From the NCBI RefSeq assembly GCF_006345805.1, contig NC_043007.1, forward strand, positions 73,160,001 to 73,224,000: a stretch of 64,000 nt of DNA. Reading direction: 5' to 3'. Within the stretch, counting starts at the first letter, position 1; the number at the start of each line of letters is the position of its first letter. The notes under the pieces are model-generated. The model was not told the DNA's origin. It saw only the letters and a list, made by a program, of their open reading frames with translations, and did no database searches. The position numbers and the translations under genes were made by a program. Origin of the DNA: Octopus sinensis (Eukaryota). Of the stretch, positions 1-10,172 are shown piece by piece.

Positions 1-1545
1 TAATCGACTTAATCCGTTTCTCTGTCCTTGTTTGTCCTCTCTGTGTTTAGCCCCTTGTAGGTAGTAAAGAAATAGGTATTTCGTCTGCCATTACGTTCTG
101 AGTTCAAATTCTACCGAGGTCAACTTTGCCTTTCATCCTTTCGGGGTCGATTAAATAAGTACCAGTTACGCACTGGGGTCGATGTAATCGACTTAATCCG
201 TTTGTCTGTCCTTGTTTGTCCTCTCTATGTTTAGCCCCTTGTGGGTAGTAAAGAAATAGGTATTTCGTCTGATGCTACGTTCTGAGTTCAAATTCCGCAA
301 CGGTCGACTTTGCCTTTCATCCTTTCGGAGTCAATTAAATAAGTACCAGTTACGCACTGGGGTCGATGTAATCGACTTAATCCGTTTGTCTGTCCTTGTT
401 TGTCCCCTCTGTGTTTAGCCCCTTGTAGGTAGTAAAGAAATAGGTATTTCGTCTGTCATTACGTTCTGAGTTCAAATTCTACCGAGGTCGACTTTGCCTT
501 TCATCCTTTCGGGGTCGATTAAATAAGTACCAGTTACGCACTGGGGTCGATATAATCGACTTAATCCGTTTCTCTGTCCTTGTTTGTCCTCTCTGTGTTT
601 AGCCCCTTGTGGGTAGTAAAGAAATAGGTATTTCGTCTGCCATACGTTCTGAGTTCAAATTCTACGAGGTCGACTTTGCCTTTCATCGTTTCGGAGTCGA
701 TTAAATAAGTACCAGTTACGCACTGGGGTCGATGTAATCGACTTAATCCGTTTGTCTGTCCTTGTTTGTCCTCTCTATGTTTAGCCCCTTGTGGGTAGTA
801 AAGAAATAGGTATTTCGTCTGATGCTACGTTCTGAGTTCAAATTCTACCGAGGTCGACTTTGCCTTTCATCCTTTCGGGGTCGATTAAATAAGTACCAGT
901 TACGCACTGGGGTCGATATAATCGACTTAATCCGTTTCTCTGTCCTTGTTTGTCCTCTCTGTGTTTAGCCCCTTGTGGGTAGTAAAGAAATAGGTATTTC
1001 GTCTGCCATTACGTTCTGAGTTCAAATTCTACCGAGGTCGACTTTGCCTTTCATCCTTTCGGGGTCGATTAAATAAGTACCAGTTACGCACTGGGGTCGA
1101 TATAATTGACTTAATCCGTTTCTCTGTCCTTGTTTGTCCTCTCTGTGTTTAGCCCCTTGTAGGTAGTAAAGAAATAGGTATTTCGTCTGATGCTACGTTC
1201 TGAGTTCAAATTCCGCAACGGTCGACTTTGCCTTTCATCCTTTCGGAGTCAATTAAATAAGTACCAGTTACGCACTGGAGTCGATGTAATCGACTTAATC
1301 CGTTTGTCTGTCCTTGTTTGTCCTCTCTGTGTTTAGCCCCTTGTGGGTAGTAAAGAAATAGGTATTTCGTCTGACGCTACATTCTGAGTTCAAATTCCGC
1401 CGAGGTCGACTTTGCCTTTCATCCTTTCGGAGTCGATTAAATAAGTACCAGTTACGCACAGGAGTCGATGTAATCGACTTAATCCGTTTGTCTGTCCTTG
1501 TTTGTCCTCTCTGTGTTTAGCCCCTTGGGGGTAGTAAAGAAATAG
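1..1545 (+). repeat. Tandem array of ~184-bp units derived from the 3' body of a tRNA-derived SINE (>=8.4 units, starts before window)
   Basis: TAATCGACTTAATCCG recurs at 1, 185, 369, 553, 735, 919, 1103, 1287, 1471; each unit has B-box-like GAGTTCAAATTC and TTTCATCCTTTCGGGGTCGAT core also seen in monomeric SINEs at 19920, 33565, 62700. Confidence 0.95.
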
Positions 1546-1546
1546 G

Positions 1547-1775
1547 AAGGCGGTGAGCTGACAGAATCATTAGCAAGCTGGACAAAATGCTTTACACCAT
1601 TTCTTCCAGTTTTACATTCTGAGTTGAAATTCCATTCCACATCCTACTGAGGTTGACTTTGCTTTTCATCCTGTTGGAGTCAATAAAATAAGTACCAGTT
1701 GAGTATTGAGGTTGATGTAATCGACTAGCCCTCCCTCCAAATTTCAGGCCCATGTGGCTATACTAGAAAAGATTA
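1547..1775 (+). mobile_element. tRNA-derived SINE monomer (same head/core as array, alternative 3' tail)
   Basis: AAGGCGGTGAGCTGACAGAATCATTAGC head, TTTTCATCCTGTTGGAGTCAATAAAATAAGTACCAG core, CCCTCCCTCCAAATTTCAGGCC...AGAAAAGATT tail. Confidence 0.85.
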
Positions 1776-2492
1776 GGAAGAGTATTCAACCATAGAAACC
1801 ATGCCAAAGAAGACAGTGGCGCTCAACACAGCCCTCCACTTTGTTGGGTCCTCTTAAACCATTGAACCCATACCAGCATGAAAAATGGATGATAAATGAT
1901 GGCGACGATGACGATGATGGACATAATAGGCTGAAAGATAGATGTTTGTGTAGTGGTGTACGTGTAAATGGAGAAGTAGGTCACATGGTAGTGTCTGTCC
2001 ATAGTTGGATTTCATTAAAACTAAAAATACAGGAAGGCAAAAACAGTCATGCATATATATACATGGATTAGATGTCTGTATATAAACAGTATATAGGTGT
2101 ACATATTTTTAGTACTATCAATGTCTATCCGTATGAAGTTACCACTACTCCTACTCCCTCTTCTATTTGTACTCACCCACTGCATACATCTAACTTTCAA
2201 CCCAACTCAATATCTTTCTCACTGCACCCTCCTTCGGAATAAAAGCTATTAAACTAATATTACTATATTTACCCCTTGATACAGTCACCCTATTGACCTT
2301 CAAACAAGAAATACTTAAGCTAAAATATTCCAGTCTACCACACTCGAAAGTCCATCGCCAAAAATAGGGGTTTTATTTTGTTTACTCGTATTATTCAGCT
2401 AATTACATTTCTTGGCCATTTCCTTAGAAATATTGGCTGATAATCAAAATTTGTGAACAAAAATAACACTATTGTCCAAACTAACATGCACA

Positions 2493-2532
2493 TGTACACA
2501 CACACACACACACACACACACACCACACACAC
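2493..2532. repeat. (CA)n microsatellite
   Basis: Direct reading; source of spurious ORF 2395..2580. Confidence 0.9.
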
Positions 2533-2989
2533 AAACATCATCAGCATTTTAAAACATAAATAAAAGCAACACATGCACATACCCTTAAAAAAAAATCAAC
2601 CACTCAAACCAAACACTAAGCTAAACCCACAACGTACAAATACAATATTTATTTCTCTCAAATCTTGACTTAATGCAAAGATTCTTATCTGGGATAAAAA
2701 TTTTTTAAAAATCTATGAGGCATTGAAGCTTTCAACTCTTACAATTTTTCTGCTTGCAAATGACAAATGTAATGGATATATATGAAAAATTAATTTGCGA
2801 AGGTGTCATTAATTCTATTATTATCCAATGTAACGTGAGTCCAGATACTTAAATGTACGTTATAGATTGTTTTAACCTGATTTTGCCTTCATTTGATTTC
2901 TGTAGTTTTTCATCAGTGTATTTTTTGAGATTTAATGAGAGTTTTCACTGTTATTTCAAGCAGGTAGACATACTTAGTATATCCTTTGA

Positions 2990-3022
<33 letters not shown>

Positions 3023-3085
3023 ACGTATGTTATAATTATAAACAGGGCAAATTTTAGCCATTTCTCTGCAGACTAAAAATGATGA

Positions 3086-3133
3086 ACAACCTTAATCGAT
3101 TTTCAAACCTTATTTGGTTCTCATCAGAGGTGT
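3086..3133 (-). ncRNA. Minimal type I hammerhead ribozyme, Penelope-like element derived
   Basis: Minus strand ACACCU-CUGAUGA-GAACC(AAAUAA)GGUUU-GAA-AAUCGAUU-A-AGGUUGU: full core, 5-bp stem II, palindromic stem III, UUA cleavage triplet, stem I ACCU/AGGU. Confidence 0.8.
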
Positions 3134-3282
3134 ATACATCATTCTGAGAGTCTCTAGAGAAACAAGCAACCAAACTGTTTATATACTCAACAAGTGCAGC
3201 AGTTACTCTATGGAGGAGTCCTTAATTTGCATACCGAAAGTGTTTAACACTCTTTAAATACAAGCAGATATATATATATATT

Positions 3283-3556
3283 TAAGAAGCTTGCTTCCTG
3301 AACACAAGGTTCTGTGTGCGTCTGTCTTTGAGTCTGTCTTTGTCCCTCACTACTGCTTGACAACTGGTGTTGGTGTGTTTATGTCCCTGTAACCTAGTGG
3401 TTTGGCAAATGAGACCAATAGAATAAGTACCATGCTTAATAAAAAATAAATACTGAGGTCAATTTGTTTGACTAAAAATTCTTCAAGACAATTCTTCAAC
3501 CCTAACCCAAACCCTTACACTGCATGGCCACAGTCTAATGACTGGAACAAGTAAAA
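3283..3556 (+). mobile_element. Degenerate, internally deleted CORE-type SINE
   Basis: Matches head and 3' half of intact copies at 20647 and 49076 (GCTTGACAACTGGTGTTGGTGTGTTTATGTCCC...GCATGGCCACAGTCTAATGACTGGAACAAGTAAAA). Confidence 0.75.
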
Positions 3557-3557
3557 C

Positions 3558-4445
3558 AGGGATTGGCAACTTCTTTGCCACCATGGGCTGGATTGAGTAT
3601 TAATGATGATAGTAGGCCAGATGAAGGCCTTAAAGAATAATTATGGAAAATTACACAAGCTAAAATTTAATCACGAGTGTTGACTATATTTAAAAATAAT
3701 TTGTATTAACCACAGATGAATGTAATAATGGAAAAACATCATTTATTCAATTTAAGACATTTTTGAAATCATTTGTTTAAAAAAAATTGTAAAAATACGT
3801 AGCAGCCAAAAAAATTAATGGGAAACTTGATGTTTTCTGTTCCTTGAAAGCTTCTCAATATTAGGCTTCAAATTTGTTGATGCCAAGATCAAGATATTAT
3901 CAAGATGATTATCAGTTAATCTTGTTCTGAAATTGTTCTTAGTTTGCTTCAATTTGGAAAATAATTGCTCATGCTGATAGGTGCTTCCAAACAAAGATGC
4001 CATCCTTTTTGCATGATTCACTAAGTTGGTATACTTCCCACTTGGAAAAATATATTTTGCATAGAAGTCAATCAATGAAACATCTTTAGAATGAAATTTA
4101 GATCTCAGTAAGTCGTCACACTGCATATCAATCAATTCCATTTGGAAACATTCTGGTACTGTCTCCACCTCCACATCAAATGGTGCAACAAACAATTTAA
4201 ACTGATTTGCATGCAGATGAAAGTCAGCAAAATGTGATGCAAATTCATTTCTCAAATCCTGGATTGTATTCACAAATAGCTCTGAATCCTATGGTTTCCT
4301 TCTTTGAAATGATACAAAATGCACATAATTTTTATTTCAAGGTTGATATTCCCACAACTGTCGCTTTTTCTTCAAAGGCAACATATACATTGGTTATACA
4401 TTTCATTTATGAGCTGAATTTTACCTTGAAGTTGTAATAACCTTC
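3558..4445 (-). mobile_element. hAT (SPIN/Charlie, GTF2IRD2-like) transposon, 3' part with terminal repeat
   Basis: CAGGGATTGGCAACTT terminus at 3558; ORF 3815..4273 with dimerisation domain SLFGSTYQHEQLFSKLKQTKNNFRTRLTDNHL; LQLQGKIQLINEMY readable to ~4445. Confidence 0.85.
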
Positions 4446-4449
4446 AAGA

Positions 4450-6071
4450 TGATACAAGAAAAATAGAATACAAGAATAATAATGTACAAATGTGTAAAGA
4501 AAGTACAGAAAGAAGGAAAAATTTTAATTCAAAACGGTGCTATGGTTGCGGTGATCGACATTTGAAGAAAGATTGCTCCTTTAAAGATAAAACCTATTTT
4601 AAGTGTGGTAAAATTGGACATATACAGACAAAATGCCGGTCAAAGAAAATGGTAAAACAGAAGAAAGTCTACTCAACAAAAGTAAATTATACCAGACAAA
4701 ACTGAAAATTTGTGTTGGTAGAAATAAATGGGTTTCAGACCAAAATGCAATTAGATACCATCTCAGACGTATCGATAATAAATATGGCAACATGCAGTAA
4801 GATAGGCAGTATGTGATGAGGTATAACTATATGCCCAAAGAGTGATAATACCTGAAGCACTGCAAAACAGTATTAAAAGACTTTCATGTAGGACATCTGG
4901 GAATTGTCCGGATGAAGAGCCTTATGAGAAGTTACATTTATTGGCCGAATATGGACAAGCAAATTGAGAGACTGGTAAAACAGTGTAGGGGATGCACTAT
5001 GGCAGCAAAGGCGCCCCAGTGCAGATTCAACCATGGCCAAAAACGGATTCAGCATGGTCTAGACTACATGTGGATTTCGCAGGACCAATAAATGGCTCTC
5101 ATTATATCATTGTGGTGGATAGCTATTCCAAATGGCCTGAAGTGTGAAAATGTTCAAGGCCAACCACAAGTGTGACTATTGACTTCTTGGAAGAACTGTT
5201 TGCTCATTATGGAGTGCGAGATATGATCGTGTCAGATAATGGTACACAATTCATGGCAAAGAAGTTCAAAAGATTCTGTAAGTCGGTTCAGATGAAGCAT
5301 GTGTTAACTCCACCATACCATCCAAGGTCAAATGGGTTAGCGGAAAGATTTGTTGACACATTCAAGAGAGCCTTAAGGAAGACCAGACAGGAAATCCTTG
5401 AAGATGCAAATACGACAAAGTTTTTGCAGGTGTATAGAATAACACCGAATCCAAATGCAGAGTCAGGCAGGTCACCTGCAGATTTGATGTTTTCCAGAAA
5501 AATTCATTCTATTTTTGACAAATAGTTACCGAGCAGGAAACAGAAAATAGAAAATTCAGGAAGAAAAACGAAAATTTTTTAACACAGGTGACAAAGTGTA
5601 TTTTAAAATATATAGTAACGGGAAACAGGACTGGGGACAAGGAAGTGTAACTGGACATCTGAGTAATGTGATGTACATGGTAAAAGGACCAAAATATGAA
5701 CACAGAAGGCATTTAAACCAATTAAAAAAAAAGATATACCAAAAACCAAGAGAGGCGAGAAGAACCAATGGATTTATGGTATGATTTGTTCAAGGTCCCA
5801 GAACCACAAGCAAAAGCAGAACTGATGTGTAGGTCGAACAGGAAGAGAAAACCTACAGAAATGATGGAAATTAATGCTAAGAGGAAAAGATATGCCAGTT
5901 TCTCACCAAGGAAATAAAATTGATAAATTCGGGTTTAAAAAACTCAAAAGGGGGAGGTGTTGTGTCGGCGCCCCCAGATGATGAAGTAGGCTAGCCCAAT
6001 ATGTAGATATAGAGGGAGAAGTCTAGATGTCAAAGAGTTGAGTAGAGGTCATCCGAATGTGCGATATAACA
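4450..6071 (+). mobile_element. Gypsy/Ty3 LTR retrotransposon remnant (gag knuckles, protease, integrase, PPT, 3' LTR); RT/RNaseH and 5' LTR deleted
   Basis: CYGCGDRHLKKDC / KCGKIGHIQTKC knuckles; QLDTISDVSII protease-like; WSRLHVDFAGP, IVSDNGTQF, YHPRSNGLAERFVDTFK integrase; PPT AAAAGGGGGAGG at ~5946-5957 then TGTTGTG...ATAACA LTR 5958-6071. Confidence 0.9.
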
Positions 6072-6850
6072 GAATTTTAACAAGTTTATGTGTGATTCCA
6101 AAGCTTTCTATATGTTCTTGCAGTAGTACAACAAAGCCTTTTTTTTTGTCCTACCATTGCTTGACTACCATCAGTTGTGATGCCAAAAATCAAACTTCAT
6201 TTCTGATATCATTTTCAACAAAGCTTCAAAGATGTCTGCTCTGGTTACAGTTTCCTTCAGAGGAATTAACTGAATAAGTTCTTCAAAGATCTGAAAAGTT
6301 GAAGTCACTCCTCACACAAAGACAGCAAGTTGTGCAGTGTCACTTAAGTCTGTACTCTCATTGACTGCAATTGAAAATATTGGAATTCACTGCAGGTGTT
6401 GATTAATTGATTTTTAACATCTGCTGACATTTTTTCAACCCTCCATGTGATCATCCTTGGAGACAGGCTGATAATTTCAAATAAAAACTTTTTTCTGTAC
6501 AAAAATATCCAACACTGCCAATAAGCAGTCTTTAAAAAGATCGCCATCTATAAAAGGTTTCATCTTTTCAGCAATATGCTTTGAGACTTCATAGCTGACA
6601 ATTTCTGTTTTTAAAAAATGACATTTGTTTTCCAAACCTAAACTTCAACCACTCAACTTCATCTTTCCTTGCTTGTTCAGTAAATGTCCTAAAATCTTTA
6701 TAATGGTGCATCTTGTGTCGCCTAATATCTGCTACCTTATTCACAGCAATACTTTCTAAACATATGAAACAAATCAGTTCACATTGTATTGTGTTCAATG
6801 AAGAAGTAATCTAATGTCCAAGTTTCTTGGAAAATTCGGCATTCAGCACC
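6072..6850 (-). mobile_element. hAT transposon, 5' part of same transposase (frameshifted)
   Basis: Minus strand GITTDGSQAMVGQKKGFVVLLQEH (catalytic D region) abuts the LTR; N-terminal LICFICLESIAVNKVADIRRH zinc-binding motif at 6589..6798. Confidence 0.8.
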
Positions 6851-7564
6851 TACCTTTCTTCATGGTCATTGAAATGTTTTCCTATGAATAAAATTAAAAT
6901 TTAAATGAAAAATTTTACATCTGAATAATTCTATTTTTTTAGTGGCAGACCTTTTATTGTATTCGAAAGCCTCATCTCTCATATTACAATTATAATAATA
7001 CCAGTTGGTTATGGCTAATAACTTGTATAATGTGAGTGATAATGATGATAAAGGTGAAAATAGGTAAGGGTATTGCGGCAAGGACAAGAAGAAGGAACAA
7101 ATGAGATTTTAAACAATGACAATAAATGTATTACTAGGTTGAGGAAAAAGTTTGTGCATTGTTAATATAATGAACTGAATGAACACACACACACCACTAA
7201 AATATTAAAAAAAAGCACTATTTTAACATGGTGCACGACCTTTTACCTGGACCTAATATTTGAAAAATACAATAATGAAATAAACCAGTAAAAGTCTCTT
7301 GTTGGAGAAGAGATGTGTAATAATATAATAGAAACCAATGAAGAATTTGAGCACGAGAAAATGAGTTTGTAACTTACTGATAGTAGGTGGTTGGGGTAAG
7401 CAGTTGTCAGTTTCACGAATCAAAGATGGAGGTTTGCCATTGACAGAGTGAAGGCAGTATGCCTACAGAGACAGGTGTCCCTTGGAGGCAGTCTTTTTAT
7501 ATCAGTTGTCTCCCAGTTTTTTTATTTTCTGCGAGACTTTCGTATCATCTGCATAGCTTATTTA

Positions 7565-7596
7565 TATTATTATATACATATACATACATACACACT

Positions 7597-7629
<33 letters not shown>

Positions 7630-7832
7630 ACATATATATATATACACATATATACATACATATATACATAAATATACATACATATATATACACACACACA
7701 TCTATATATATACACATAAATATTTCATATATAAATATATATACTTATATATATATGTACATATATATGTATGCATATATATAGATATGTACATATACAT
7801 GCATACATATACGTACATAAATATATATATAT

Positions 7833-7865
<33 letters not shown>

Positions 7866-8010
7866 TATATACATATATATATGTATATATATACACAAGA
7901 TATAAATATACACATATATATATATGTATATATGTGTGTGTGTGTCTATATATATATATATACAACCATATATATACATTGTGAAATAAGAAATGAAAGT
8001 TATATATATA
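7565..8010. repeat. Compound (TA)n/(TACA)n microsatellite
   Basis: Direct reading; generates the Y/I/H-rich ORFs in the track. Confidence 0.95.
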
Positions 8011-8109
8011 TATATTAGAATTTTCTCTGACTTCTCAGATTTTTTGTATGCTGGACTACTGGTTTTAAATTGATATTAAAATTAATATTAATTTATCTCC
8101 CTCATTATT

Positions 8110-8144
<35 letters not shown>

Positions 8145-8145
<1 letters not shown>

Positions 8146-8400
8146 AAGTGAAAGTATTAATAGAGAAACATTAAAACTGGGAGTATTATCTCACATTACA
8201 ATGAAGGTGATATTATTTCACATTTGATGTAATGCTGAAATAGTATAAGACATAGGAGATTGCTCTGGGCTCGAATTAGGCAAGAAGCTGAACATATTTT
8301 GGGCCCATGACACTGAATTGAATGAAATCAGTTGGGTAGTTCTCAAGTTTTAGTGGTGCACACATACAGACAGACACACATTCTTAATTTTATATATATA
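8145..8400 (-). mobile_element. Non-autonomous Helitron-like element, copy A
   Basis: Reverse complement aligns with 9845-10110 (TATATAAAA..GAATGTGTG..TAAAACTTGAGAACTAC..AACTGATTT..GTGTCATGGG..CCAGAGCAATCTC). Confidence 0.7.
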
Positions 8401-8409
8401 TATATATAT

Positions 8410-8745
8410 ATATCATCATCATCATCATCATCATCGTTTAGTATCCGCTTTCCATGCTAGCATGGGTTGGACGGTTCAACTGGGGTCTGGGAAGCCAGAA
8501 GGCTGCACCAGGCCCAGTCTGATCTGGCAATGTTTCTACAGCTGGATGCCCTTCCTAACGCCAACCACTCCATGAGTGTAGTGGGTGCTTTTTACGTGAC
8601 ACCGGCACAGGTGCCAGACGAGTCTGGCAAATGGCCACGAACGGATGGTGCTTTTTACGTGCCACGGCACGAGGCATCGGGGCAGCACTGGCAATGGCCA
8701 CGTTTGGATGGTTCTCTTACGTGCCACCGGCACTGGTATCTCAGC
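8410..8745 (-). mobile_element. RTE-tailed SINE with (GAT)n tail and three ~55-bp 5' subrepeats
   Basis: (CAT)n then CCGCTTTCCATGCTAGCATGGGTTGGACGG...GGATGCCCTTCCTAACGCCAACCAC; repeated TTACGTGCCACCGGCAC hairpins. Confidence 0.9.
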
Positions 8746-8749
8746 TGCA

Positions 8750-9055
8750 ATTTCCATTTCGATCCTGATTCTCACTTGCCTCAACAGGTCTTCACAAGTA
8801 GAGTTTTGTGTCCCAAGAAGGGAAGGTATGCATAAGTGGACTGGCTACATCCCGTGTAGAAGGCCACGGGTTATGGTCTCACTTGTCCTGCCGGGTCTTC
8901 TCATGCACAGCATACTTCCAGAGGTCTCGGTCTCTAGTCATTTCCTCAGTGAGACCTAAAGTTCGAAGGTCGTGCTTCACCACCTTGTCCCAGGTTTTCC
9001 TGGGTCTGCCTCTTCCACAGGTTCCCTCAACCGCTAGGGTGTGGCACTTTTTCAC
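8750..9055 (-). mobile_element. RTE LINE 3' end fragment
   Basis: [43 protein letters not shown] is the typical RTE ORF C-terminus, followed by 3' UTR. Confidence 0.85.
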
Positions 9056-9669
9056 ACACATACACACACATATATACATATATATATATATATACAAACA
9101 TATATATATATACATATATATATATATACACATATATATACATACATATGTATATATACATATGTATGTATATATGCACACACACACATATATATATATA
9201 ATATACATACATATGTATATATACATAGATATACATACATACATACATATATATATATACATATATATATATATACATATATCTATATATATGTGTATAT
9301 ATATATATATATAATATATATATATACATATATAATTAATTATATATACATGCATACATATATATATACATTCTTATATATATATATATATATATATGCA
9401 TATATATATACATATATAAACACACACACACATATATATATATATATTATATATATATATATTTTTCAAAATGTAACCTCATGTGAATCGGCAGTTGTTT
9501 TTTCCTCTGTCTTCCTTTTCTATTGGACTTTCCTCTATTCCTGAAGCAGAGCTTCGCTCGAAATGTAAAACCACTTTTCTTTCCTTCCCTGAGCATTTGC
9601 TAATGCTTTACATGTACCACATCCTCGCATTGTTGGTTTGTGTGTGTTTGTTCTTCATTTTTTGGCATT

Positions 9670-9716
<47 letters not shown>

Positions 9717-9728
9717 TTATATACAAAT

Positions 9729-9786
<58 letters not shown>

Positions 9787-9804
9787 CACATAAATATATA
9801 TATA

Positions 9805-9840
<36 letters not shown>

Positions 9841-9860
9841 CATACATATATATAAAACTG
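9055..9860. repeat. Two long (TA)n/(TACA)n microsatellite blocks (9055-9465, 9670-9860)
   Basis: Direct reading. Confidence 0.9.
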
Positions 9861-10172
9861 AGAATGTGTGTGTGTGTGTCTGTATGTGTGCATCCCTAAA
9901 ACTTGAGAACTACTCAACTGATTTTGTTCAAATTTTACACTTGCCTTACTTAGGGTCCATGTAGTGTCATGGGCAAAAAAAAATTTTCAACTTGTTGCCT
10001 TATATGAACCCAGAGCAATCTCTTATCTCTTACACTGCTTCGGTATTACGTGTCAAAAGTGAAACAATAGCATTTCTATTGTAATGTTAGATAATACTTT
10101 CACTATTATATGCTTTCAATTTCAATTACTTTCACTATGTATTTAGAAAGCGTAATTGAGGTTAGCCTCTAG
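9845..10172 (+). mobile_element. Non-autonomous Helitron-like element, copy B
   Basis: Starts in (TA)n with ATAAAACTGAGAATGTGTG..., ends GAGGTTAGCCTCTAG|T (CTAG 10169-10172); homologous to 8145-8400. Confidence 0.65.

Noticed and set aside
1-1545. CRISPR-like array
   Set aside because: Whole units repeat with no unique spacers, units are SINE-derived, and context is eukaryotic with no cas genes
8467-8835. Recurrent ORFs MDGSTGVWEARRLHQAQSDL... and MLGGQTH...RQASFSFRLPNPL...
   Set aside because: Chance readings of SINE consensus repeated at many copies, not genes
7448-9917. Long Y/I/H/T-rich ORFs (also 23080-23552, 29210-29906, 41635-42014, 62857-63548)
   Set aside because: Translations of (TA)n/(CA)n microsatellites
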